Assembly (NCBI GenBank): GCA_040753215.1
Contig: JBFMEZ010000003.1
Coordinates: 1-57,869 of the forward strand
Source: Candidatus Micrarchaeota archaeon
GTDB lineage: Archaea > Micrarchaeota > Micrarchaeia > Anstonellales > Bilamarchaeaceae
Length of the DNA stretch: 57,869 nucleotides
Reading direction: 5' to 3'
Numbering within the stretch: the stretch's first letter is position 1; every line of letters starts with the position of its first letter. A program made the position numbers and the translations under genes. Under the pieces are notes generated by a model. That model worked only from the letters and a program-made list of their open reading frames with translations. It was not told the DNA's origin and made no database searches. Shown in pieces: positions 1 through 9,253 of this stretch.

Positions 1-102
1 ACGAACCTTCCCGGCTTTTTCTGCACCTGCACGGCATGCTTTTTCGAAATTTGGTTGTTTTTTGAAGTCTTGTCCACGAGCAGGCCGCAGAACGATCAAT
101 TT

Positions 103-987
103 TTATTCACTTGCGGATTTACTGAGCCTGGACAGCGCCTGTACGCTCTCGTCCCTTACCGTCAGCGCAAGTTTCGCCAGTTCCGCCTTCGCGTCAGCCA
201 GCATCTGCCCGAACTGCTCGGCAGGAACACCCTTTATCAGGATGCCCTTGTCTTCAGGTGCGGCTTCAACCTGCAATTTCGGCGGCGCTTTTTTGGGCGC
301 GCCAGCTCCGGATTGTTCGGCGCCCCGAACAATAGGCGCCATGCCGCTTTCGGCATGCGCGTCGCTGGCTGCAACTCCCGCCACCCCAAACACATAGTCG
401 AACCCACAGTCGGCATAGACGTACCGCCTGACGCCCCTGTACCAGTCGTTGACGTCGCCGCGGGCCAGGGGCCTAACCCCTTCTCCCGCAATCCTGTAGA
501 GCCACCTTTTCTCCTCTTCAGGAAGGCGCTCAAACTCCTCTGCGGAAACAACGAGCGGAATCCTCGTAATCTCGTGGGGCTTGCCCGGAACCCACTTGTC
601 AGATTCCTGTGTCAAGCCGTCAAGAACTATAACTGACTGAGCATGCACAATAACCTTGCCACGCTCTTCCCTCACATCCTCGGGCACGACAAAGAGGCCG
701 ACGCCCTCCCTGCCGACCGCCTCCTTCGGCACATAGCTTGCTGGAAGAATCATGCCGGTAAGGGCGTCTTTCACGTCCTTGCCGCTCTGGAATACTCTGC
801 CCTTCTCAGGGCGGGCAAGAAGCTCATCCGCCCAGAAGCCGCAAACCCTGTTCCTCTGCACGTAGGCGTCAAGCATAGGATGAGGAGGAAGCCTCATCTT
901 CCTTTCCGCGACCGCCCTCCTTGCGTCAAGGTAGCGCGCATCCATTCCAAGCTGCACAATTTCCCTGGTTTGAGTTGTGGAGTTCAT
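103..987 (-). CDS. DGR target-like protein (paralog of 56686..57663) with internal VR-like segment
   Basis: Shares motifs with the cassette target (PHEITRIP vs PHAETGIP; RWLYR..LARGD..W..RRYVYAD..FGV vs RHLWR..VARGD.W..RQYVNAD..LGV) and a similar helical C-terminal tail. ATG at 987 preferred over the TTG at 1041. Confidence 0.8.
   Translation of the reverse strand: MNSTTQTREIVQLGMDARYLDARRAVAERKMRLPPHPMLDAYVQRNRVCGFWADELLARPEKGRVFQSGKDVKDALTGMILPASYVPKEAVGREGVGLFVVPEDVREERGKVIVHAQSVIVLDGLTQESDKWVPGKPHEITRIPLVVSAEEFERLPEEEKRWLYRIAGEGVRPLARGDVNDWYRGVRRYVYADCGFDYVFGVAGVAASDAHAESGMAPIVRGAEQSGAGAPKKAPPKLQVEAAPEDKGILIKGVPAEQFGQMLADAKAELAKLALTVRDESVQALSRLSKSASE
312..357 (-). other. Two DNA hairpins 3' of the VR-like segment (possible DGR target-recognition stem-loops)
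   Basis: ATTGTTCGG-CGCC-CCGAACAAT (312-333) and CATGCCG-CTTT-CGGCATG (340-357), both perfect stems. Confidence 0.6.
383..474 (-). repeat. VR-like segment with IMH-like TGGGGT (383-388)
   Basis: Ungapped codon alignment to TR 56351-56440 (GCC CGC GGC ... AGG CGG TAC GTC TAT GCC GAC vs AGG CAG AAC GTC AAC GCG GAC), but with many non-adenine mismatches. Confidence 0.6.
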
Positions 988-1037
988 GATAATATAATGC
1001 AGGGAAATCTTTAAAAACCCATCTTTTAACACAACTT

Positions 1038-2414
1038 TCAATCAGAGCCGGGAGCCATCCCCACGATTTTCTCCGGGTCGAAGAGCATCACATTCTCCGA
1101 TTCCTTCACCGAAAACCCGCTGAGTGAAAACAGAACCCAGACAACCGGCTTCCTGGAGCATGCGATGAGCGCCTTTGCGGATTCCCGCAGGGAGGAAAGC
1201 TCCGCCTCCCCGCTCTTGTCGCCGGTCCATTTGCAGCCTCCGATATAGAGGGCCTTGTCGGTTTCCATGACAACATCCACGTCCCTCTGCTCGAATTTAC
1301 CTTCCTGCACCTCAATCGACCCCCACCACCTGCCGGAGCGGACAATCTTCTCGCCCCTGCCTTCAAGATAAGACTCAAGGAAGCCTCTGCAGAGGAACTC
1401 GAAACGCCTTCCCAGAAATGCAGCCATTTCCTCTTTTGAGGGCGGCGCGCGCTTCCCATAAACAAGGGCGAACCAGAACGCAATGGTATTGTCTGTTATG
1501 GAATACAGGCCCTTCTTGCTCTTCAGCGGGTTCTGGCCGAACGGCACGGTCCGCTCCACCATGCGGAATTCCTTTTGGAGCGCCTTTATGTATTTCGCGA
1601 GAGTGGTGGAGCGCATGCCAAGCTTCTGGGAAATCTCGGCCATGGAGACATGGCCGCCGTGGATTGCCTCAAGTATGGCATAATATTTGGAGTATGCGCC
1701 GCCGAATTCCTGCTTAAGGACATTCTCCCCCTCCTCCCTCAGCTGCGCGCCGGCCTCAAAGAAAAGCGAGCGGATTACGGTTTCAAATTCCTTTTCCTCA
1801 CCCTTCTCAATCAAGACGTAATAATATGGTATTCCACCGAAAACGCAGAAAAAGCGTATTTTCTCTTCCGAATCCTTTATTCCCATCCCATCCAGCACTT
1901 CCATGACCGTGCCAAATGGGAGCGGCGGGAGCAGGATGGTGTTTGTCGCGCGGTTGAAGAGCGGGGCCTTCCGAGCCGCAAAAAGCTTGTTCATCATCCC
2001 CATATACGAGCCGGAGAAAACCAATAGGACGTCTTTTTTATCCTTGTATCTGTCCCAGAGGCGTTGCATCTCGTATGGGATCGCCTTGTTCACCTCCAGG
2101 ACGTTCGGGAACTCGTCCATGCAGATGAGGTCGAAGCCATGCTCGAACATGTATTCCACGGCATCTCTGAAAGTGCCGAAGGACGGGGAATAGCCCGCAA
2201 CCGCCCTTATCTCATCCTCAATATCCTTCGCAACCTGCTTCTCTTCCTTTGGGACTATAAGTATGCTAACTGCCTTCTTGCCTTTTATGAACTCCTCAAT
2301 CAGCCTGCTTTTGCCGACCCTTCTCCTGCCGCTTATCACAGCCATGTCGGCGCCTTCCCTTGCATATGCTTTCTCAAGAACGGCAAGCTCCTTCTCCCGG
2401 TCGTAGAATTTCAT
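1038..2414 (-). CDS. Archaeal ATPase (ATPase_2 family) with winged helix and DUF234-type PD-(D/E)xK C-terminal domain
   Basis: MKFYDREKEL start, Walker A GRRRVGKS, Walker B MDEFP, FGGIPYY, C-terminal DVDVV..GGCKW (usual E of ExK replaced by G). Confidence 0.88.
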   Translation of the reverse strand: MKFYDREKELAVLEKAYAREGADMAVISGRRRVGKSRLIEEFIKGKKAVSILIVPKEEKQVAKDIEDEIRAVAGYSPSFGTFRDAVEYMFEHGFDLICMDEFPNVLEVNKAIPYEMQRLWDRYKDKKDVLLVFSGSYMGMMNKLFAARKAPLFNRATNTILLPPLPFGTVMEVLDGMGIKDSEEKIRFFCVFGGIPYYYVLIEKGEEKEFETVIRSLFFEAGAQLREEGENVLKQEFGGAYSKYYAILEAIHGGHVSMAEISQKLGMRSTTLAKYIKALQKEFRMVERTVPFGQNPLKSKKGLYSITDNTIAFWFALVYGKRAPPSKEEMAAFLGRRFEFLCRGFLESYLEGRGEKIVRSGRWWGSIEVQEGKFEQRDVDVVMETDKALYIGGCKWTGDKSGEAELSSLRESAKALIACSRKPVVWVLFSLSGFSVKESENVMLFDPEKIVGMAPGSD

Positions 2415-2427
2415 GTTTTCACCAGAG

Positions 2428-2446
2428 TTATCCTATTGTAGGATAA
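2428..2446. promoter_or_regulatory. Palindromic operator-like site upstream of the ATPase
   Basis: TTATCCTA-TTG-TAGGATAA, 14 nt upstream of the start codon. Confidence 0.5.
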
Positions 2447-2479
2447 TCCTATGGCTGGATAACTTATTAAATCTATTGG

Positions 2480-2567
2480 CTTAACAATAACTTAACATAA
2501 CTTACGTCGGTAAGTCGGTTTTTGTTAAGTATTGTTAAGTTGGGCGATTAATAATACTTAACAATAG
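2480..2567. repeat. AT-rich cluster of inverted CTTAACA(A)TA motifs
   Basis: TTAACAATAACTTAACA (2481-2497) vs TGTTAAGTATTGTTAA (2523-2538); TATTGTTAAGT (2530-2540) vs ACTTAACAATA (2556-2566). Confidence 0.55.
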
Positions 2568-2762
2568 TTAATGATACTATAGTCGCTTCGTTTTAATCAT
2601 TTACCCTTCGCTCAGGCGGAAAAGGAGTTAATGTTCGTTTCCCGGGCCCAAACCCGGGTGCAAGCGAACCATCCGAAAAACAGCAGGAAAATAGCTGTTG
2701 CCGAACCTGATTTTAGCGTCGTAAATACTGGAAACCCAAAGCCCAAAACGGAAAACTGATTT

Positions 2763-2862
2763 CGGACCCGGAGGGATTTGAACCCCCAACCCCCCGGTTT
2801 CTCCCGCATTCAGGAGAAGGCATCCGAAGCCGGGTGCACTATCCAGGTTGTGCTACGGGTCC
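2763..2862 (-). tRNA. tRNA-Arg(TCG) with 25-nt intron at 37/38 (2799-2823)
   Basis: Cloverleaf: GGACCCG acceptor stem, CCCGG-CT-TCG-G anticodon arm, intron, A-CCGGG, T-loop TTCAAAT, CGGGTCC-G. Confidence 0.93.
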
Positions 2863-2868
2863 AAGGCA

Positions 2869-3004
2869 GTTTCCAGTTGCCGGTTTCCGGATGGCGAAAA
2901 CCCGCTGGTTTCTGCCATGGCGGAATCCCGAAGGATTCTGCCAGTCTTCTCCGCAGAGAAGCGGAGTCATCACCGCAGTGATGCGGAAACCGGAAGCGGG
3001 AAAC
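2869..3004 (-). ncRNA. Multibranch structured element in the tRNA-Arg 5' leader
   Basis: Four consecutive hairpins, two with cUNCGg tetraloops on the minus strand, closed by inverted heptamer arrays. Confidence 0.55.
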
Positions 3005-3037
3005 CGATATAATATGCGAAAGAAGCAGAATAAAAAC

Positions 3038-3943
3038 CTACTGCGTAAGTATCCTCGCCCCGTTCTCCTCCACCACAACCGTGTGCTCGGCCTGGGAGAC
3101 CAGCCCCCCGCCCGCCTCCTTGAGCACAGGGTATGCCTTCAAAACCTGCATGCGCAGCATCTCCTTCAGCGCATTGCTCACCAGCAATCTGGACGGAAAT
3201 TTCTGCACCAGCCACCTTTCGGCAAAAGGCAGCATCCCGTAATTATCCAGTATATGGTTCAGTATCTGCCTCGACTGCCTCATCCGGAGCCCGCCGGGCA
3301 GATACAGGGAAAATATCTCCACCTGCCCGGTGTCTGAGACAAAACCCTTCCCATCCGTTGCAAAAGGTTCCACCGCAAAAATATCGCCGGCCTGGAACTC
3401 GTAGGGGTCCTCGCTCTTCACGTTGGGGATATCTATCCCCGCATGCAGCAGCCCGGTCTTTATCATGTGCCCGGTGAGGTTCGCAATCGGCCTGTATCCG
3501 TATCCCTTTATGGCCTCCTCCACGATGCCGCCGATTTCCCCGACCTTCACGCCGGGCCTTATGCCTGCAATCGCATTCGCAAGCGCCTTCTCCGCGGCCT
3601 CCACCAGCTTCGCGTTCTTCCCGCCCAAATCCACGGTATAAGCGGTGTCCGCAATCGCCCCGTTCAGGCTCACCCCGAAATCCACCTTCACCATGTCCGT
3701 CTCTTTCAGCAGCGCCGGGTCCCCCTTCTCCGGGGTATAATGCGCCGCGATTTCATTGATTGAAACGTTGGTCGGAAAGGCGGGCGCAGCCCCCTCCTCC
3801 GCAACCATGCCCTCTATCGTTTCCGCAACGTCCAGGATGCTCTCGTCCACCATCACGAGGGATTTGCTCTCCTCCCTCACCTTCGCGGCAATCCTCCCCG
3901 CCTGTTCGAACTCGGACAGCGGAGCCTCAGCGGACTCATCCAT
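3038..3943 (-). CDS. map: Methionine aminopeptidase type II
   Basis: AFPTNVSINEIAAHYTP, KVDFGV, DTAYT, NLTGH, AVEPFAT, SQAEHTV metal-ligand motifs. Confidence 0.96.
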   Translation of the reverse strand: MDESAEAPLSEFEQAGRIAAKVREESKSLVMVDESILDVAETIEGMVAEEGAAPAFPTNVSINEIAAHYTPEKGDPALLKETDMVKVDFGVSLNGAIADTAYTVDLGGKNAKLVEAAEKALANAIAGIRPGVKVGEIGGIVEEAIKGYGYRPIANLTGHMIKTGLLHAGIDIPNVKSEDPYEFQAGDIFAVEPFATDGKGFVSDTGQVEIFSLYLPGGLRMRQSRQILNHILDNYGMLPFAERWLVQKFPSRLLVSNALKEMLRMQVLKAYPVLKEAGGGLVSQAEHTVVVEENGARILTQ

Positions 3944-3966
3944 GGGGAAGAGTTCCACCGAAGTAA

Positions 3967-4935
3967 TTATAATGCCTGCTGGGCGCAGGCAACGGGTATT
4001 CGCCAGACCAGATCAAGAGCATCCTTCACGTCCTTGGCTTTCCCACGGTTTTCCCTCCGCATGTCCTCCAGAAGGCCGTGCCACTGCGCTATGGTGGAAG
4101 CTGTCTGGGCGATGCGGCCTCTGCTGCATGCGAAGACCATCCCGCACAGCAGCCGCGGGAAAAACCCGAAGTTCGCCCCGCCGTCCTCCCGCGCGGATAT
4201 CTTCCCATAAACTTCATCCAGCACTTCGTATGCCCTTGCATGGTTTCCGCACGACATCTCTGAATAGCCGATGATTAATTTCGCCATAGTCTTGTCGCCC
4301 AGCGTTCCGTGCATTCCAAGGGAAAGCCCTGCAACCCTTATCGCCTCCCCGTACCTCTTCATCTTCCTGAGCGCGTCCGCATACATGGCAATTATCGCAG
4401 GCCTCTCCCTGCACTTCTGCGGAATGGAAAAGTAGAACCTTTCCATCTCTGCGTACATCTTGCACTTATAGAGCCCGCGCATTAAATTTACGCGGCCCCT
4501 TGCCCCATCAATCCCTTTTTCCGCCGCCTCAGCCATAACCTCCAGCGCTTTCCGGAATTCCCCGCCATTCGCATAGGCGCCGGCCATCGCAACGTACAAT
4601 TCCCCGCATTCCATCCCGCTGCGCCTGGCATGGTCGAAAAGGTGCTCGGAAAGCCCCACCTCCCCAAGCATCCCGTGTATCCTGATGAGGAGGGCATGCC
4701 CCCTTGCGTGCTCAGGGTTTCTCTCGAGGAAGTCCGCGACAAATTCCCTGGCCTCCCCGTACCTCTTCGCATCAATCAGCGGAAGTGCGGGCCTAAGCCC
4801 GGCTGCCCTTCCTTCCACAAACGGCTTAGCCAGGCTCTTCAGCACCCTAATTTCTATCCTGTGCCTTTCCCTCTCCTGCCTGCGCAATTCTGCCGCATGG
4901 GCGCATCTTCTCATCCACTGGGCTTTCGTCCGCAC
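3967..4935 (-). CDS. Helical-repeat (TPR/PPR-like) hypothetical protein
   Basis: Repeated AxAYxxxGxxxxA-type helix pairs; no catalytic motif recognised. Confidence 0.65.
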   Translation of the reverse strand: MRTKAQWMRRCAHAAELRRQERERHRIEIRVLKSLAKPFVEGRAAGLRPALPLIDAKRYGEAREFVADFLERNPEHARGHALLIRIHGMLGEVGLSEHLFDHARRSGMECGELYVAMAGAYANGGEFRKALEVMAEAAEKGIDGARGRVNLMRGLYKCKMYAEMERFYFSIPQKCRERPAIIAMYADALRKMKRYGEAIRVAGLSLGMHGTLGDKTMAKLIIGYSEMSCGNHARAYEVLDEVYGKISAREDGGANFGFFPRLLCGMVFACSRGRIAQTASTIAQWHGLLEDMRRENRGKAKDVKDALDLVWRIPVACAQQAL

Positions 4936-4982
4936 TAATACACCTTTATTATATAATTAACACAATAAGGCTTAAAAAGGTC

Positions 4983-7520
4983 CTAGGCTCTCCAGTATTT
5001 TTTATTCTTTATAAAATTCTTCTGGGCTTCCAGCAATTCCAAAAGAAGTAGGTCCTCATCCTTGTGCAATCTGCTCAATATCCTGTCCGCGGTCTTCGGC
5101 CCGACCCCATAAACCGAAAGCGCAAGCAATCCCCTCTTCCCGTACGCCCGCAAAATCGCGGCCTTGTCCGCAAGCTCTTCAGGAGTCCCGGGCCAGATGG
5201 TGAGCGAAGTCCTCCCGCACTTGTGGCACTTGAAAGTCTCCGGCGCACTCGCAACCGTGGTAATCCTCCCCGCCCCGCAAGACAAGCAACGCAAAGTAAT
5301 CTTTTTCTTCCCCAATTCCTCTCGTATGGATTTGAGCATCGCCTCCCGCGGCTGTATGGAAGGGACGCCTTCCGCCTTCCTCCTTACGCCTACCATCGCG
5401 AAGAATGAGAGCTTCTCCCTCTCTTCAAAAATCAGTTCCAGCTCCTTCTTCATCAGCCCAACGAGGACCTTCTTCGTGCCTTCCAGGTCAAAGTATTTCC
5501 TGAAAATCGTATTAACCGTCTCTCCATAAACCGGCGTGTCAACCATCAGCCTGATGAGCTTCGTCCCCACAACCGCCTCCTCACCGAACATCCCGAACAT
5601 CCTCCCGGTGTGCAGGAAAACAATCCGCAGCGCGGAAGAGTTCCAGAGCGATTCCTCCGCATCAAAATCCAAATCGTATGGCACGAGCGCCGCATCGACC
5701 CATTCCTTCTTCGCAGGGAAGGGCAGCTTCAGCATCACGCGGTACGGGTCGGTGGCAACCGCGACCTCGGCGCCGAGCTTTTTCGCGAGCCGGAGCTGCA
5801 ATACCTTTCCAAGAGTATAGTTTATCCTCGTCCCGAAGCAGGAATGCAGGACCACTGATTCTTTGCAAATCTCAACAATTATCTTCTTCTCATCGGGAAT
5901 ATTCTTCTCCCCATGCGTTTCCCCATCTTCCCTGCGCAGCCTTCCTACTTCCTGCGCAACCTCCCTATGCACCGGGATATCCTCCCCTACCCAGTCGGGA
6001 ATCACAAAATCTGCAGAAGAGGCCGGCTCTGCAAGCAGCTCATGCGAAAGCTCGACCATCCTCCAAACCTTCCCCTTCGCGGAGAAGAATTCTCCGGGAG
6101 CAAGGGTAGCAACGAACCTCTCATCCAGGGATGCAACTATTTTATTGGTGCTCGCGTCCCTCAGCGCATACTTCTTCTCCTTTGGGATAGTCGTCAAATT
6201 ATAGAAGTAATATTCCCTCCCAGCCTGCCTTATTGCCGCGGTGTTGTCGGGATTCAAAAATATGAGCCGCTCCCTTCCCAGTTGCTTTACAACCCGCTGG
6301 AACTCCTCGGGCTTGAGCGCAAATGCATAAGCCCTGTTCAGTATTCCATATGCATCATCTATGCCCATCCTTCCCTTGTCCAGAAGAAGCCCGACAAACT
6401 GGTGAGCCGCGACATCCATCGCCCCCCGCACCACTTCCCTTTCCTCCAAAAATCCGCTCTCAAATTTGTTTTTAATCGCCCGCGCCTCCATCCACTCATC
6501 GTAATCGCTCACAACTATCTTCCCGGAGGGCCTGAGATGCATCGCATGCCCGCTCCTCCCCACCCTCTGCACGAGCCGGGCGACTTCACGCGGAGAATTG
6601 AATTGTATAATCTCCTCCATATCCCCGATGTCTATCCCCAATTCCAGGGAGGAAGTAGCCACCACTGTTTTGGTTTCCCCTCCCTTCAGCCCTTCTTCGG
6701 TCTTCAGCCGCACTTCCGCGGAAAGCGACCCGTGATGGATATCTATTGGAACCTTTTCCATATCAAGATAAGTGGCGAGCCCCTCCGCGGTGCTCCGCGT
6801 ATTCACAAACACTATCCTCCTCTTGTCCTTCTCCTTCTCAAGTATCTCCTTCACTTTTTCAAATATTTTCTTTTCCCCCCCATACGCCTTTATGATTTCC
6901 AAATCCAGCTCCCTTCCCTTTCCCGCATCAACAACTTCAAACGCCTGGCCCCCGCATATGAGTTTCCCGGCCTCGCGCGGCTTCGCAACCGTTGCGCTAA
7001 GCCCGATTCTCTGGAACTTCGCAATCTCGGCGAGCCTTTCCAATCCCATCGAAAGCTGCGCCCCGCGCTTGCTGTTCAGGAGCTCGTGCACCTCGTCCAC
7101 AATCACGTGCTTCACATTTGCGAGATGTTTCCTCATCACGCGCCCCACCAGCAGCGCCTGCAATGTTTCCGGGGTAACTATCAGCAATTGCGGCGGCTTC
7201 TCCCTCTGCTTCCCGCGCTCGCTGACGCTCGTGTCCCCGTGCCGCACCGCATGCGTTATGCCCGCCTGGTCGCACCACCAGTCCATCCTCTTCTTCATAT
7301 CGCGGTTCAGCGCCCGCAGCGGCGTAATGTACAGGCAGGAAATCCCCGGTTTTCCGTTAAGCATCTCCAGCACAGGCAAGAGCGCAGCCTCGCTCTTCCC
7401 CGAGCCTGTGGGTGCCACTAGGAGTGCATTCTTCCCCTGCAGGAGCGCGGGCATCGCCTTTGCCTGGATTGCCGTGGGCTCGGGGAACCTTTTCCTGAAC
7501 AATGAGGCTATGGTCTCCAT
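4983..7520 (-). CDS. lhr: Lhr-family SF2 helicase
   Basis: APTGSGKS, YITPLRAL, DEVH, SAT, HHGSLS, TSSLELGIDIG, QRVGRSGH, C-terminal CxxC..CxxC zinc site. Confidence 0.93.
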   Translation of the reverse strand: METIASLFRKRFPEPTAIQAKAMPALLQGKNALLVAPTGSGKSEAALLPVLEMLNGKPGISCLYITPLRALNRDMKKRMDWWCDQAGITHAVRHGDTSVSERGKQREKPPQLLIVTPETLQALLVGRVMRKHLANVKHVIVDEVHELLNSKRGAQLSMGLERLAEIAKFQRIGLSATVAKPREAGKLICGGQAFEVVDAGKGRELDLEIIKAYGGEKKIFEKVKEILEKEKDKRRIVFVNTRSTAEGLATYLDMEKVPIDIHHGSLSAEVRLKTEEGLKGGETKTVVATSSLELGIDIGDMEEIIQFNSPREVARLVQRVGRSGHAMHLRPSGKIVVSDYDEWMEARAIKNKFESGFLEEREVVRGAMDVAAHQFVGLLLDKGRMGIDDAYGILNRAYAFALKPEEFQRVVKQLGRERLIFLNPDNTAAIRQAGREYYFYNLTTIPKEKKYALRDASTNKIVASLDERFVATLAPGEFFSAKGKVWRMVELSHELLAEPASSADFVIPDWVGEDIPVHREVAQEVGRLRREDGETHGEKNIPDEKKIIVEICKESVVLHSCFGTRINYTLGKVLQLRLAKKLGAEVAVATDPYRVMLKLPFPAKKEWVDAALVPYDLDFDAEESLWNSSALRIVFLHTGRMFGMFGEEAVVGTKLIRLMVDTPVYGETVNTIFRKYFDLEGTKKVLVGLMKKELELIFEEREKLSFFAMVGVRRKAEGVPSIQPREAMLKSIREELGKKKITLRCLSCGAGRITTVASAPETFKCHKCGRTSLTIWPGTPEELADKAAILRAYGKRGLLALSVYGVGPKTADRILSRLHKDEDLLLLELLEAQKNFIKNKKYWRA

Positions 7521-7567
7521 ATTATTGCACTATTATTCCCCTTCCTTAGTATTTATTCCTTTGCAGA

Positions 7568-7768
7568 TTAGAAAACCTTGCTGGTGATGGAAAGGGCGGC
7601 CCCGAACCCGATTGCCGCAAGCCCGCCTACCATCGCCATGGAGGAAGGCACGCCGATGAAATTCGCCGGCGGCACGCTCCCCACGACCGAGTATCCCACC
7701 AGGCCGGCGCCGGCTATCATCATGCCCTGCCCCGCGTAATTCATCATCGCGGAAGTGTCGTTCGCCAT
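7568..7768 (-). CDS. Small two-helix membrane protein
   Basis: 66 aa with two Gly/Ala-rich hydrophobic segments; fits the gap in a co-directional gene string. Confidence 0.6.
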   Translation of the reverse strand: MANDTSAMMNYAGQGMMIAGAGLVGYSVVGSVPPANFIGVPSSMAMVGGLAAIGFGAALSITSKVF

Positions 7769-7791
7769 GGTTATCCTACCGCATCCTTACT

Positions 7792-8700
7792 TTAATCCTT
7801 TTCCTTCCCCGGCCTAATCTCTATTTCCATCCCGTCCTTCGCGATCTCCGTATTTTTGAAAATGGCCCGCGCCTCCTCAAGCAGTGCCTTCACGTCATCG
7901 GCGTACCTGCAGCTTATGTGAGTAAGAATGAGCTTCTTCACGCCCGCCCTCTCCGCAATCCTCGCGGCGCCCGCGGCAGTTGTATGGAACCTCCCTTCCG
8001 CCTCGTCGCCCATCCCCTCCCCGAAAGTCGCATCGTGTATCAGCAGGTCCGCGCCAGCCGCAGCCCTCACAACGCTCTCGGTCGGCTGCGTGTCCCCGGA
8101 ATATACGACCTTTATCCCCCTCCTCTCCCAGCTAACCTCGTCCAGCTTTATCCTCTTCCCGCCGGCCTCTACGAACCCCTTCTTCTGTATCTCCCTGAAC
8201 ATGGGGCCCCTCAGCCCCCTCCCCTTCGCCTCCGCCTCGTTGAATTTCCTCTTGTCGTCCTCCCTGAAGACAAGCCCGAACGCGTCGCCCCCGTGCTCAA
8301 CCCTGAACGCGGATATCGCATAATCCTTCCCGCGGTAAAGCTCGCCCTCGCGCATCTCCCCGAACCTTATGAAGTCAGGCCTGCGCATGAAAGACGGGCT
8401 CATCGCCTCAAGGATGCGCGCAAGCCCGCGGGGCGCAAAGACCTGCAGGTGCCCCCTCTGCGTGTTCATCCTTATGGTTTCAATCAATCCGAAAACCCCG
8501 AGAAAGTGGTCGAGATGGAGATGGGTGATGAATACCGCCTCCACGCCCCCGTACCCGACCCCCCGCCTCATCATCTCGCGCTGCGTCCCCTCCCCGCAAT
8601 CCCACAGGAACAATTTGTCCCAGTGCAGCGCGATGGCCGGCATGGCCCTCCTGACCGAGGGGACCGCGCCCCCGGTCCCCAGGAAATCCACCTTGAGCAT
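7792..8700 (-). CDS. rnz: Ribonuclease Z
   Basis: FLGTGG, DCGEGTQ, THLHLDH, YSGDT, LIHDATF, HTT, LTHIS.RY. Confidence 0.96.
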   Translation of the reverse strand: MLKVDFLGTGGAVPSVRRAMPAIALHWDKLFLWDCGEGTQREMMRRGVGYGGVEAVFITHLHLDHFLGVFGLIETIRMNTQRGHLQVFAPRGLARILEAMSPSFMRRPDFIRFGEMREGELYRGKDYAISAFRVEHGGDAFGLVFREDDKRKFNEAEAKGRGLRGPMFREIQKKGFVEAGGKRIKLDEVSWERRGIKVVYSGDTQPTESVVRAAAGADLLIHDATFGEGMGDEAEGRFHTTAAGAARIAERAGVKKLILTHISCRYADDVKALLEEARAIFKNTEIAKDGMEIEIRPGKEKD

Positions 8701-8786
8701 AGCAATATCTCAACAACAAGGGATAAAAATAGAATTCGGCCCCGGTTCCGGAAGCCCGGAACCGGGAACTGGAAACTGAAAGCCGC

Positions 8787-9164
8787 TCACAGCTTCTCTG
8801 CGGCCGGCTTCTGCTTGCTCTTCACTATCTTTACTTTTGAGGGGGTGAGCAGGATGAGGTCGTTCGTGAGGAGCGCTATGTCCCCGTTCATCTTCTCCGC
8901 GCTCACCTTGAGCTTGCCCACGATCCCCTTCAGCCTGTTCGGCTGCTTGGAGAGCGGAAGCACGTTCACGATTATGATGTTCTTGCTCGTAAGCTCCTTC
9001 ATCACGAGGTTCGCGTCGCCTTCGTTCCTGAGGTCCACCCTCTTCACATAGAAGTCCGCCGGCGGGTTCACAACGTCGCCCTCGGCCTCTATCTCAAGGT
9101 ACTCCTCCAGGTTCGGCTCTTCGGCCTCTTTCTCTTTTCCGAATATCTTGTCGAATATTCCCAT
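8787..9164 (-). CDS. sepF: Cell division protein SepF (archaeal type)
   Basis: MGIFDKIFG amphipathic N-terminus, NIIIVNV..L, GDIA...LILLTP; AGGTGA RBS upstream of ATG 9164. Confidence 0.88.
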   Translation of the reverse strand: MGIFDKIFGKEKEAEEPNLEEYLEIEAEGDVVNPPADFYVKRVDLRNEGDANLVMKELTSKNIIIVNVLPLSKQPNRLKGIVGKLKVSAEKMNGDIALLTNDLILLTPSKVKIVKSKQKPAAEKL

Positions 9165-9237
9165 TGTCTCACCTTGCACTTGGTCGTGTGGTATTGATGA
9201 GAAAGGATTATTAAACCCATCTCCATTCGTTGAACAA

Positions 9238-9253
9238 CCCCCGTTTCCACTAT
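9238..9253 (-). promoter_or_regulatory. Single ORB-like motif upstream of cdc6
   Basis: Minus strand AGTGGAAAC-GGGGG resembles the archaeal ORB core plus G-string; only one clear copy. Confidence 0.3.

Noticed and set aside
5913..7421. Long antisense ORFs (also 7918-9051, 21160-22779, 27001-27999, 51101-52156)
   Set aside because: They shadow well-supported genes on the opposite strand and have no recognisable motifs.
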